From the NCBI RefSeq assembly GCF_031769215.1, contig NW_026782484.1:310001-374000 (forward strand): a stretch of DNA of 64,000 nucleotides. The letters run 5' to 3'. The translations under genes and the position numbers were made by a program. The notes under the pieces were generated by a model. It worked only from the letters and a program-made list of their open reading frames with translations. It did not search any database and had not been told where the DNA came from. The DNA is from Ylistrum balloti (taxonomy: Eukaryota). Of this stretch, positions 27,686-41,700 are shown piece by piece; the stretch's first letter is position 1; each line of letters opens with the position of its first letter.

Positions 27686-29260
27686 TCATGATGATGATGC
27701 TTGCTTTCTAAGCATCACATAAATCTTCTCCTTCACCCAGTCTTTGTTGTGAGGTACATAAGTCCCAATTTCTTTGTTGTACCTGAAACAGACAAAACAT
27801 CACCATTATCACTGTATATTTCATTTCAGACATAGGATTCAGTAACATAAACATTGTTGTTTTGATAACAAACTTATGGCAAAATATTTCAAACAGAATA
27901 TTTTAATGACGTAATAAGTCACGTTAGAAAAGTATCCACATCCCATAGTTATAACGCATCATGAGTGGACAAGTTGGTCACATTGTGGAAAGAAAACAGA
28001 AAATAAAATAAGTGTTCGAGCACTATTACTGTTCGAGGACTGGGCAGGTTAGTCTACTTCAGTAACACAGGTCAATGTGTCCATAAACAATAAGAGAGAT
28101 GATAAGTATAAATGGAAAGGTCCAGTGAAAACTTATTGTGTTTTATTATAGGCTTGATGTAAAGTTTAACATCCAAAAATGGGACTGTTTAATACTGTAA
28201 GTAAGAAGATATTCTCGCACATATCGTCAAGAAGCAGACGAATATTAAAATTATTACATTACATAGGCAGAAGAAGATGTGTGTTGTTGGGTTTTTTTGA
28301 AGTGAAAAGTCAGGTTGACTTGTCAAAGTATTCCCTATAGATACTGAATATCAGCATCCAATTACAATATCAGTTCTATGGGGAAATTTATTCCAAGAAG
28401 ATTCTAAGGAAAGTCTGTAATTGTGCCTAAGCAAGCAGGACAGAATAAAAGTACAACTTAACACAAGGTGTAAACCCTGGTGGGAATGTTTGAGGATCTG
28501 TACTTACACAAGGCAGCTAAGGTCTGCCAGCTGGTCTAAGAAGTCAAACAACTGTGTGATGTCGTAGGTGATGGAGGGACAGTCAGAGTTGACCTTCTTC
28601 AAGTGCTCCTCAAATATTTTACAGATACCTGAAATGTCAATACAGGTTCATTACATGGGTGTCCAAATATAACAAAACTAAATAATTCTTGCCTACAGCA
28701 TAGTGTCATATGAGTAAATTCAAACTTCCTGTATCATCAAAGTTCCAGACCGATATTATTTTGTTACTAGAATGATCATTGACTTTCATAAGAAACAAAT
28801 TGACCAAAGTTGACACTTTTTTTTTTTATTGTATTCAGTAAATGTTTCATTAGGTGTGTTTTCTCTCATAACCAAAGCAGGGATATGTTTTCAGCAACTA
28901 CCCAATTTCATTAGTTCAGGAATTATAAATTATTCAATAAAAATATGTGTTTGCTCATGGTGTCTGAAAGTTCATTACTAAGTACACGGATTCCATGGTC
29001 ACATGCACTCAATTGGTGATAATCTACCTCAAGAAACTCAGGAGAGGAAGTTTGGTGAAAACCATTTTTGTAATTCCCTGGACAATCTCTGGTATCATAT
29101 ATGTACAACAGGACATGTAACACAGCATTTTGTAGGGGTATATCTGCCAAGACACAAAAAACTGTCACTTACCTTCCATGCATTCATTGATAGATTCGAA
29201 ATCCGAATAGGTACGTGTCTCTGGTTTGTGTGTAGCCTGTACTAGAAGGATCGAGTGAGC
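27686..29260 (-). CDS. ERH: Enhancer of rudimentary homolog, downstream copy (ERH-b), exons 2-4; location of start exon uncertain
   Basis: Exons 29260-29173 (88 bp, [30 protein letters not shown]), 28628-28508 (121 bp) and 27782-27686 ([31 protein letters not shown]). Canonical splice sites, clear ERH sequence. Confidence 0.93.
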
Positions 29261-32065
29261 CTGTATAACAAAAATTTGTAGTTTGTAAGTATACCAACTT
29301 CAGATACACAAAAATCCATGTTTTTATTCATACCCATTAATAACCTGTTTTGTTTTCAATTACCTAAAAAATTCTCATTTGTTTGGGATGTTTAACATTA
29401 CAATTTCAAATTACAAGAATTTCGATTACAAAAAAACAATATTGTAGTAAATAAACTTGTTATTATAACTTCTACTAAACCTTAAACTTAACCAAACTTT
29501 GATTGTAGTATGTACTTGTTTTCTGATGAACAAAAGTATCTTTTTAATGTGAAAGAAATAACAATGAAGATCAACAATTTTTTATTAAGGGACTAACCAG
29601 GTCATACTACATATCTTATGTGTTCTGATAATTGGAAACCAGTTAAAACGTGCCTAAAAATGTCAACTTCTGTTAACGATTATCAGCTGCCAATAGTCGC
29701 CAGTCACATAGGGTGCAGCATTTGTGAAAATTTTCAGTGTCTATTTGTGTCTCGCTCAGATCTTTTGAATCTGTCTGTGAGTAGTACTCTTAAAAAACTG
29801 TACACTCCATACATACACTTTGCACAACTGTATCTGTAATGATATGTATAAAAACAACAACAAAAAGTTCCTCTTTCTTGTTAACAAGCATTTATTTCGT
29901 TTGACATATGAACAGCACAAATTTCAAATATAAAGCATTAATCGTCATAGTATACATCACATTTGATATTTCCATCTTTAGATAAAGAATAACTTCTGAT
30001 GTAAAGAAAAAGAATAAACAGCAAATAATGCACAAATGGATTTTATAAGGAAAAGATTCATGCGAGACTTAATTCAATCAATAAGTATGAGTATAAATTA
30101 ACATATACAAAAGCACTACACATTAATACTCTTCATAAGGCAAACAAAAAGATGATATCTGGCAATATCCAGATTACAACTTTTTAAAGAAACAGATAAA
30201 AGACATGGAATCAAGACATACATTTCATTTAGACCTTATCTCCTAGTAATACCCTCTCTTTGTCTTCTCCTGTAACCCAACCCCCCTACAACCTAATCCC
30301 TATAAATATCCTACCCTCTTTTTAATTTACCGTCCTGCTTCACTATTAATTCATCATTATGTCACCTGAAAGCTTTGTATCTTATGAAAATGATGAATAT
30401 GGTCCTTATGTAGTTTTTCATAGCAGTAGTGCAATTTAAGTACATAGTTATCTATAATTATTTTTTCCGGTTGGTAACAGACCTGGAAGGAGAACATTGA
30501 AATAATGTCTTAATGTAATAAAACTTAAAAATTCAAAACACATGCTGATGGATAAAAAATGTGGTGCAGTTATCTATTTACAGGTATACTTTTCTTGTAG
30601 CTCTGCAGATAAGCTACACCAATTTAACTGTGAGACAAAAGCAAAAGTGTGCAGTCAGCCAACTTATCTGTCAAAACAATATTGAGACATTCTACACTTG
30701 TGATGGTTATCGAGACAGGCATATATACAAGTATAGACTAAGTGCACACTAGTCAAACATCAATAACAAATGCCATATGATTATACAAAATGTACTATTT
30801 AGATGCTTACAGCATAATAAGGAGTTATACTTAAACCAAACTCCCTGTATTTCAAAAATGGTAAAAAGATATTTACATAAATCTTAATTACTAAACTAAA
30901 ACTTAAGGAAAACAAGAGTAATAATAATGGGTCTATATATCATCAATGTCTCGTTAAGTTGACATATCACCGTCATCATACTGTCTTCATGACTTCTACA
31001 CTTTCAACAGTGTTATTAAGGCTGATATAATATATAGACATTTGTGATAAATACAGTTGGCCACATTTTTAGCTAGTTCATCAAACCCATTTAGGCATTA
31101 TAAAATGTTTAATGCATGTACTTCTATACAGTTAGATGTAAGGAACACTGAAGGTATCCAAAATCCAATATTGTATTAAATTACATGTACCATTTTAACT
31201 TGTCACAACCTTAGATATCAATACCTACTCGTGATACCGACATTCAATAATTAGACATATAGAGATACATGAAAAGAAAAAAACAATGTGATCTATAGGT
31301 TTTTCATACCACAAAAAAACTTTTACCATTTTACCCTTGTATCAAGCAACCCTTACTTTTTCTTTCTACAGAGACCTGTGAGTTTCTAAATCGACCTGTA
31401 ACATCTATTTTTAAACTGAGGGTTCTTCCTGCTGAAAAAAATTCTGATTTCTTTTAAATTATGTGAAATTGGCAAAAGAAAGTTATCCAAATTTCTGAAG
31501 TGCACAGTCACGTAAACTAAGATTTAAATTCACATTTCAACAATAAATGGGTAATAAATTTGACTCAAGTTTTAAAAATATCTTTAATTTTAACATTTAA
31601 GGAGCACCAATTTGATAAATAATGATCATTTCTTATACATAATATTCTATTGTTTAATATTCACCTTTTTCACCAGTCTAATGATCAGCAGTACCTTGGA
31701 GATTTTTCTTACAGAAAAGGATACAAAATAATTTTCCTTTCAAAACTTTCCATAGAATAGAAAGCTACAAGATTTTGGAGACTAGAATTCAGATCATGCA
31801 GTAAAAGAATACTGATCATGCTGTAAAGCTTCACCACACTTTTCCAATCTAGTTACCATAGAACATTTATATTTATACTCCATTTCCTACAGGATATTTC
31901 AAATCTTACAAGATCTCATTTAAGATGTGGAGTCTTCAGCGAAAAGAAGACATGCTAGATACTCTTCCAGAATAAGACATCTTGAAGTATGTTATTTTAT
32001 AAGGTCTCTATTCCATCCTTATTTTGATGCAGATTCTAAAATATAACTACATGTCCAGTCCATCC

Positions 32066-35000
32066 TTATTTTGATGCTTGTCTCCTTAGCATGATATAGA
32101 TCTTTTCCTTAACCCAATCTTTGTTGTGTGGAATATAGGACTTTGAGTGTTTCTGGAATCTGCAACATCAAATAATACTTCGACCATTAATGCATAGGAA
32201 ATTCAAGGATTCAAAGATACAGGAATATTGAATGGTGTATTATAAAAGTTGAGATGAACAGTAACCTTAGTACATGTACACTATAACTATATATAAAATG
32301 TACATGGACAAGCTTTAGAATAGTGACAATCATATCACAGAGTGGTGCACACTGTTTTTTTTTAGTATATTACAATCTAAGGCAATAGCTAGTACATTTT
32401 GTTCTGTTATTGTCTGTTACATGTATTCTTAATAAAATTGTACTTTCCTCACATATATCACTCAATACTAGTTATAAAACCAAGGGATACATAATATACA
32501 GAAGTGTTAATGGTGAAGGAAGTACACAGACAGGTTTTCCTAATTACTCTTTAACATTACAATCTCAGTCATCAGATAGTAGTGATAATCATGTGTTCAT
32601 ACACTTGTGCTTTCATAGTAACTAATTAATCATAGCATTTCTGCTAGTGAAAGCATTTTTGCGAGTGATAGCATTTATATATCACTAAATAATAACTACA
32701 TAAATCAGGTATAAATCAGAAAGTAATGACAATCAATCAATGATGATGTAAGAGTTGAAGCACAAGTGAAAACTTGCTAGAGATAACTAGTTATCAAAAA
32801 AATTCACAAAATCAAGATACGTTGTCTTCAAAAGCTGTAGATCTGATAACTCACACAACACAGCTGAGGTCATGTAACTGGTCCATGAAGTCAAATAATT
32901 GGCTGATGTCATATGTTATGGAGGGGCAGTCCGAATTGATCTTCTTCAAATGTTCTTCAAATATTTTACAAATACCTGTGAAGAAAATTCAACACATCAC
33001 AAAATTGACATGTTTATAAAAACTATTATCAACAAAAATACATATTTTTTATGCAAGAACATCCTCATTAAGGCAATTTTACATAAATTTATTCTTCATA
33101 CAATTTGGCAAATTATAGTTCCTCATTGGATGTGAAATTACATGCAAAATTTACTTTTTCTTAGACATAGGTCAAAGTTCCCAGTGAGGGACCAATACAT
33201 ATTACATCATCTAAAGTTTTAGATACAATGAAATATAGCCTCCCATTTTCAATCCATGCACAAGATATTGACAAGCCACATAACCAGTTTCCATCTGACA
33301 ATTTCCCATAAAGAATATGGATATTTCAACAAATTGCAGTCTAGAAATCTAGACATTTTAATATCAAGTTTGCAATTTTACACATTTAGGTTTACGGTAG
33401 GATTTATTTCCTAATGATTCTTGTTCCACAATAATACAAGTATGTACCTTCCATACAGTCATTCACTGACTCATAATCAGAATATGTCCTTGTTTCTGGC
33501 TTGTGAGTTGCCTGCACAAGCAGAATGGTGTGCGCCTGAAATAAAAGCAACAAATCATATATCAAAATGAGTTCAAACAGAGAAACATAATGCATAAAAT
33601 GTTACACTGCAATACCATTTATTTCATAAAAATAAAATTGAAATTATAATTGTTTCATACAAATGAATATGAGTTGAAATATATATTATGACAATGCCAT
33701 CATAACCAGTACATTATATGCAGATATTTTCTTTAAGTAAGTTTGAAAATTGCATGGCATAATCATCATGACTAAGTACTTCGTATAAGAACATAAACTT
33801 AATATTCAAATGTCATCAAATTAAATTGTAATATGTAAATTTAATGTGTTTTAGTTTTATTACCATATCATGATCACCTTCATCTGCTTCAATAAATGCT
33901 TCTGATGCCTCACACAGCAATACAACTGTGAAATAATGCCACAGATCTGCACAATGCCACGAAACACTAAGAATACCGAAATTAAAGTTTTCGAGTGATA
34001 CTGATAAATAGTACAATCCATTTAAACGCCACATTTTTTTAATGTTTCTCTGTTGACACTGTGTATACATGTATGATTTTTTCGGTGTTAAATTTTATTT
34101 ATTATATATTGCATGGGTGCTATAATTACAAATAATGCAAAAAAATGATTTCTTTTTTGTTTTACTAATGAGGATTCATAACAGATAGAGAGCTGTAGCA
34201 ACTCTGTATACGCACGCGTAACATTGATCATCTCACACGCTGGTGAAGCATCATCCAGCAATCTGCTCACTTCTCATGCAAATATATTCATGATCAGAGG
34301 CTGCAAAATGTGTATGAAAAATGCAACAGGAGATAGCTAGTAACTCGAACCATTCCAATCTGGTACTCATCTTAATGGTGTACATGTTCAAAAAAATGAA
34401 TATTTAACCAATCAAGACAAAAGTAAGCTTATTTTCTGTTAACAATATATATTATTTCTGGTTTAAAGACATCAAAACACTCTCATTGGTTACAAATGGT
34501 TGAAAAGATGTCTTCTGAAAAAGTGGTAAATGTCTTTCATATATATAGGAGTTATGTTATGACTTCAATATGTTTCATTTTCATTTCATGAAATTGATGT
34601 TACTGAATGGGCTTCACACTCACTGGTCATGTACTCACCAGCTATAATGCCTCTGTATTGTCACCATTATGTTTGCCATAGACTATCATTTACATACAGG
34701 TTCTGGTCACAATTTAGTTAATATTCACCAATTACAATATATTTTGTTACTGCTAACATTACATCTTCTTGCATTCTCTTTCAAGCAGTCCACCAATCAG
34801 TTGTAAATAATGATGCAGTGCTTCATAATGAGATGGAGATGTTTTTTGTATTATTTTTTAACAAGTCTTTCCTATGACATCAAAGCAAACGCTCCCATTA
34901 AGCCTAAATGGTGGCGAGTCAGACGTTCTATAACATGCTGGTCATGAAATTGTGCAAAATATTGCTCGAGTTCTCTCCCTTATCGTTCAACACTGTTTAG

Positions 35001-35328
35001 GCCTCTAAAAGAAAAGTAAAATATCAACACGTACATTCATTGCAGGGACAAGTGGACAGATATGGGTAAAACATTTGGTCATTTTCAGGTACGGTCTTGC
35101 TTATATCATTGGTTAGTCCTTTGCGCGAGCTCGATATCGCCATCATTTGCGCACGAGTTCGCCATTTTGAGTGCGAGATGGAATGGTACAGGTAAAGGGT
35201 TGCTCTTTGCATGCAAACAAAGCCATAGCTACTCTTTCCGTTCAACAGCTAGCAGTCTTGAGAAAAGACGAAACATGTCTATTCACAAAATGGACATAAA
35301 ATAAACGTTATTACGCTAATTTTACCAT
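32066..35328 (-). CDS. ERH: Enhancer of rudimentary homolog, upstream copy (ERH-a, 101 aa)
   Basis: Probable ATG-only exon 1 at 35328-35326 (aaaATG|gtaaaa); exons 33535-33448 (88 bp, [30 protein letters not shown]), 32975-32855 (121 bp) and 32159-32066 ([30 protein letters not shown]). Confidence 0.92.
33864..35146 (-). other. Candidate alternative 5' exons of ERH-a (35146-35035, 34300-34271, 33925-33864)
   Basis: Each piece has good splice signals (gtacgt; ttttgcag/gtgagc; atttcacag/gtaata). The chain is stop-free and in frame with exon 2a. Could equally be 5'UTR exons. Confidence 0.45.
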
Positions 35329-35756
35329 TTTCACTAAGGACGTCACTTCAGTTGTAAAAATTCTTGGTTGTAACTGCGGGATTACCTTCACAAAATTTTT
35401 TCGGATATCCTTAGTATTTACCATCGAATTCATAGATATTTATGAGATATTCCGAATGAATTTTTATTTTCCCTTATATTTTCTGATGTTGAAATTAATC
35501 ATTTCCTAGGTGATAATTCGTGATTTTTAAGACCAATACACATTCTTTAAAAAAGATATTTTATTAGAGAAAAATGACCAAATAAATTAACGAAAATATT
35601 CGCTACATGGATAATCTGTATCAACGACAAGCTTGAAAATACTACTTACTCAAACATTTTACTAACCTTAACATTTGGGAGCCATGTAGGCAAAAAAACC
35701 TTGGAAAGCAGGCAACAAACACTCTTCGACGTTAGGACACTTGCTTAAATCCGACA
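35329..35756. promoter_or_regulatory. Bidirectional promoter region between ERH (-) and SLC39A9 (+)
   Basis: Divergent start codons 428 bp apart; the surrounding 35100-35800 interval is locally richer in CpG and has a YY1-like CGCCATTTT at 35160-35168. Confidence 0.7.
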
Positions 35757-38700
35757 ATGGACGACGTATTTACTCTCATTTTGCTATCATTTGCCATGCT
35801 TGTAGGATGTTATCTTTCTGGTTTGATTCCAATTGTTATAACATTTTCAGAGGTAAGCCAGCTGTGTGGTCGGTGATTGAATGTACAAGTTTTACGTCTT
35901 CTATTATGGTCTTTCAACAGGCGAAACTGACTTTGGAAGTGTATGTGATAAATAACTAACATATGGTCAAAAGGTCTGAGATTTTAGGCTGGCTGGAATA
36001 CATTTAGGCTCTCCCCTCCCTAGTTTGATATAACTTGTACCATTGACAGTGAGTTCCGTGGTATGTGTTCAAATCACTTGCTTAAATATTTATTTTGTTG
36101 TAAAATCTGTTAACGGGCTCGGGAAGAAAGTGTGATTGTGGGTTGAGAATACACATAAATATACCCCTTCTCAAGTATAGTGTGAAGAATTATAACTGTC
36201 TATCCATCCATGATTTCGTTTGCATGACCAATTTCACCGCATCCATGGTGGGTGCGCTTCTGTCACTTTCATGTCCATACAATCTCTAAAACGAGACTAT
36301 TTGATAAAAAATGTTGCTATCAAAATCAACAAAATAAATGTGAAGAATGACATTAAATTATGATTTTAGAGACAGAAATTTTCTGTCTCAAATCTGATAG
36401 CCTATCCTGTATAGTAACATTATTTTGTTAAAGAGTAAATTGAAAAAAGATATCCCTAGTCTGGTACCAAGAATCTATGATTTTACATGACTGATTGGAA
36501 AAAATAGATTTGTAGATGATGTTCTTGTCTTCTTTGACCTTTTGAACTTTACAGACTGATTGGATGAAATTGAACAAGTTAAGTATCAGCATACTATATA
36601 TATATATGTCTCGGAACAAAAAGTCTTGGTACCAGTTAAGTTAACTAGATCTGATTTGATTTGTAGCTCCATTGATTGTCATCAAAAAAGGACAGATATA
36701 TCATAGCCTACTGATCCCATGTCTGTAAACTGCAATAAATGTAATCTAAAATTAAACCAATAATTATTATATAGCTTTCTTCTGTATGTCTTCTCTTCTG
36801 CCATTAAGCATCCTAAAGGTACACACAGGATAAAAACAACATTTTACATATATACAAATTACTGTGTAGCAGAAAACTTCGATAAGAAGTGATAATGTCC
36901 AGAAGATTGTACATTTTCCCTATCACATCAAAATTATTAAACGTTGATAAATAAATATCTATAGATTTATTTGGAGTCATTAAACCAATTAAACAGTTAC
37001 AGAAACAAAAAGGAGAAATTGTTGTTAGTCAAAGAAAGTTGTCGTTTCACAAGTGTCAAATGTGTGGACTTTTTATATTGGCATTCACTGTTTTCGAACA
37101 AAACAGTTCATTGTTGAAATGCTATCTGTCTGTCAGCTGTGTCCCACCTACACCTTCATCTTCATGACACTTTCCTACATAGAGGACAAACCCACTTAAA
37201 TTTACAAATTAGTGTCAGGAAGAAAGATGTTCATGGATATACAAACACCTATTATTAAATTTGTTAATAATATTTTGTTAGGTCTAGTAAAAATGGCATG
37301 ATTGCACTAGATTTCAAAATTGTTATCCATTTTTTATCCTGTTCTCTATTTAACTGAATCTTTTATTATCAAATTCTTCATGAGGTGGTCATTTTTACCT
37401 ATATTTCATACAAATAGGACAAATGGGTACACACAGTGATATTTGAATTCTGTGGATTGTGAAAAAATCTTTGGTAACCACACGTGTAAGTTTTGCCTTA
37501 ATTCAGTTAGTGGGAAAATTTGACTTCTTATCTAAGGTTTGATAACAAAATAAGCAAGTGAGCAATATATGCTTGATATACGCATACCTCTTGTTTTATG
37601 GTGTAACAATGACATAATAGATTTGTGTCAAGGTTTTTCTAGCAATAGATAGGGTAACTACTTGAACTTTATGAAGCTGATGAAAAATTATCAGTAAGTG
37701 TCTACAGCAAAGAAACTGCTGAACTCTACATTATAGTTGCAGAATTGAAATATAGCTTGATGTGTTACAAATTATAAGCTTATTTTCCCATCCTAAATGG
37801 AATGTATGTAGTATTGTTATTTATTGAAAAATATTGTTTGAACTATGTTAGTTACAAATCACTGAAGCGTGTGAGTGATATAATTATATAATGCCATAAT
37901 TGTTGTTCAGTGACTAAGGCTGATGAATAATGACTATGCCACTAACTCATAATGACTGTTCCATGTCAATGCTGCTTTGCATATTAATTGGAAATGTACA
38001 AATGATATTGGTTATCTGCTGAAACATATTCATGTCTTGATTTTCCTTTTAGAACTGAAGCATTTCATCAGAAATTATATCAGCCCACCACAAAGTTGTA
38101 AGTCAAGGAATGAAATATAATCACTAGGACTATAGAGAGAAAAAGCATCCTACATCCTAATCATTGGTATTTTGTAGGAGAAGTTGAAGTTAATCACAGT
38201 ATTTGGAGCAGGTCTCTTGGTGGGGACCGCGCTTGCTGTCATCATTCCTGAAGGAATCCATGCCATGAGTGAATCAAGCACTGGTAATATATTTTACAAA
38301 GAGCCATAGAGTGAAGTATTTTTTCCAATCTAGTGCTGATAATATACACAACACACCAAAAACATTGTGCATACATCATGCTGATATTATGAGTACATCG
38401 TCTTCACTCATGTATGATACAGTACCTAGTCCACAACTGTGAGATAGGATTGCGCATTTGGTGAGGTTTGGTTAAAATGGATGATTCATATTATGGATTG
38501 AAAATTAAATGGAAAACTTGTATAATCATGGCTAAACAATGACCATAGTTGTATTCATTATTGATAGATGATTATAAAGGTCATAATGAAAATTTTCATG
38601 GGGAGTCTATAGTTGCCATTTTGTCCCTCCATCTTTCCATCCCTCCTTTCATGTCCTTAGCATGACTTTCTCAATGGTTAAGCAGGGATGATGAATCTTG

Positions 38701-41700
38701 GTGAATACATTTGTCATACTATGGCAATGTGCAGTATGCCAAATTCAGAACCTTTAAAACCTCAAACACGGAGATATTCGCCTCTTAAAATTTTGTGTCC
38801 AGAGCATAGCTTTGCTTACATTTAAACTAGGATAATGTAACTTGATGTAAACATTGATTAACAAAGACAATGTGCATTGTACAATATTAGGGCAGACAAC
38901 TCCTTAATGACAGAACTAATACCCTTTGTAAAAATTAAGTGTCTTTAGCATAACTCATCATTAAAATAGGATGATGTAATTTGGAGTATAAAACACTTAA
39001 TTTGCAGCCTACAGCCCCTTAATTACTGAGTTATTGCCCTTTGTTAAACTTTTTGTGTCCATACTGTAGCTTTGTTTTCATTAATACTGGGAACATGAAA
39101 CCTTTGTATACATTGGTCATACTAAGAGGATGTCAAGTATACCAAATGCAGTGTCTGAAACCCCTTAATTACATAATTATTACCCTTTCATAAATTTGTT
39201 GTGTCCAATAACATTATTTTCGGGGAGCATTTATCATTTTCACTGATTCTCGTGTTAATTTGGCAGTTATCAAAATACAAGGAGACTCTGCATTTATAAG
39301 TCTCAACAATTTGATTTCAGAATTCTTCTTCTCAACATCCAGATATGGTAGAATCAAATACTTTTCATGGATGGAAGCATCTTAACGTGCTTTACCAAAA
39401 TTGTGAATTTCATGGCCCCAGGGTCTCACATTTCTCTGTGGGGAGGAAGTAAATAGATTTTTGAGCATAATTTGTATAATTTCCACCTGAAATATTTCTA
39501 ACTTGTTTAGAATTATGAGCAAAGGATGGCAGCTAGATGGTATGTATCTGACTGACCCCTAGGGGCTGAAGGCTGGGGCCAAAGGGGGTAAAATTAACTG
39601 TAGATTTTAAAAAAATCTTCTTCGCAAGACACAGGTATGGTAGAAGCAAATGTTCTTCATGTATTGAAGCATCTTAAGATTCTTTTAATTACTAAAATGG
39701 GTCTCATATTTTTTTCTTGGAGTGGAGGTTGACTTCACGATGATTTTTATAGAGAAATTGCATTTTTTAGCATCATTTTGTTTATTTCCCACTGGAAATG
39801 ACTTAGCAAGAATTATTATATAGGATGACAGTTTTGATGGTATGCAGGAATTGACACTGGTTAACTATCATCAGTGTCACAATTGTCACAAATGTCATGA
39901 CACTTGAAAGCTACTTTACCTTTAACCTTTATAATCAATATTGCTTATCTCAGGAGACCATCAAGGCTGCTAAGCCTCTTGTTGTGATATTACACTGATT
40001 CTGTACCCTGGGATATATTTCGTCCCAGATTATTTTCGCCATTTTACGATTATACATGAATTCCCCTCATGTTCCCTTAACCCTCTGAGGATGATATATT
40101 AGGGTTACAGTATATAAGTGCAACAAATTTTTGTACTCATCTTAAATTCACCCTCCCTGTTATTGGATGAAAAGGGCGGAAAATAAATGGGGCAGAAATT
40201 GCTGGGTATACAGTATATGATATGTCCTGATCATGAAATGTATATTGTCAATCCATTTTTTATAAATGATCATTAGTCAATCATCAATTGCTTCGCTAGA
40301 ATTTGTGATTTAGTGCCATAAATGTCCTGTATAGCTTCCCTATAAAACTTCCTCTCACTCATCAAAGTAATTGTTGTGTTGTGTTATTTGTCTTTACAGA
40401 TACCCAGAGTCATGACACAGTACACAGCGACTTACCAAACAAAGACCAAGGTTTGAACACCGTGGATGGCCACACCCACACCCACACCCATAGTGTCTCT
40501 GACAACCACACCATCATTGGGGTGACACTAGTGGCAGGATTCATCTTCATGCTTCTTGTTGACCAGATTGGAGGTGGACATGCACATGGGTCTACAGGTG
40601 CGTACATGGTTATGGATTTGAGAAATTAGGTAGACATAAAGAAAAAGATATATATGAAAGTTGACAACAAGAAGCAGGAGTAAGAAAAAACGAAAGTGAT
40701 CAGCTGTTTAATTTACCTTTGCTTTAAAATTTGCCTGGGCACAGAAGTGAGTGAACTGGTGGCCCTCTTTGTACTAAGAGACAAAACCAGTTGCAGAAAT
40801 ATCCATTAGTATTAATGACAATATCTTCCAATGTTACTATATGTACCTACCTGAGTGATGAACTATGAGGATTCTCGATTTTCTGTGTGTATACACCAGG
40901 TTTTACATTTTGCATCAGTTCTCCTTTTTCTGTGTATATATACCAGGTATTAAAACTCGTTTTGGTTTTCCATTTGGACAGTCTCTGTTATGATTTTGTA
41001 CTTGAAGTTTAGTTTGTTTAGTTTGTAAATTGCCTGTTAATTACTATTTTCAGATGCTGAATCAAATGGAGCTGGATCAACCATCCAACAAAATCGACAC
41101 AAAATCACAGCCACACTGGGTTTGGTAGTACATGCTGCTGGTAAGCCCCTTGTTAATTCAGCTGTAAACATAGTGACAGTAAGCACATTCTTTTTCTGAC
41201 ATTTATCTACAATGATGTGACAGAGAATCTCACCGTCTCTCCTTACTGGATAGGACAAAGATAAACCTGTACATTACCTGCGATGCTAGAAGTAACTTGA
41301 ATACCAGAAGGTTAAGAGGTGTGCAGATTTAGTGGTAAATGTTGGTAAACTAAGTAAATGTTAATTTTAGGTCTCCAGAGAAACTCTTATTTACCATTGT
41401 TATTTTAGGTTACATGAATGACTGTAGGTTACCATACTTACTATATGTAGATCTATATAGTTATCACAGGTTACCATAGATATTACAGTTTACATAATTA
41501 CTGTAGATAATCAGAAGGTTATCATAGTTGTCATAGATTACTATAATATTATGATAGGCTACCATAGTGGCTGTAGGTTACCTGAATTACTGTAGGTTAC
41601 CATAGTTACTGTAGATTACTGTAGCTGGTATAATCATCTTAATTATTTCAAATTGCCAACGTTTATTATGAGTCACATGAATTACTGTTCAGTAGGTTAC

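Noticed and set aside
40471-40491. HTHTHTH tract in ZIP9 encoded by a CACACC repeat
   Set aside because: His-rich loops are ordinary in ZIP transporters.
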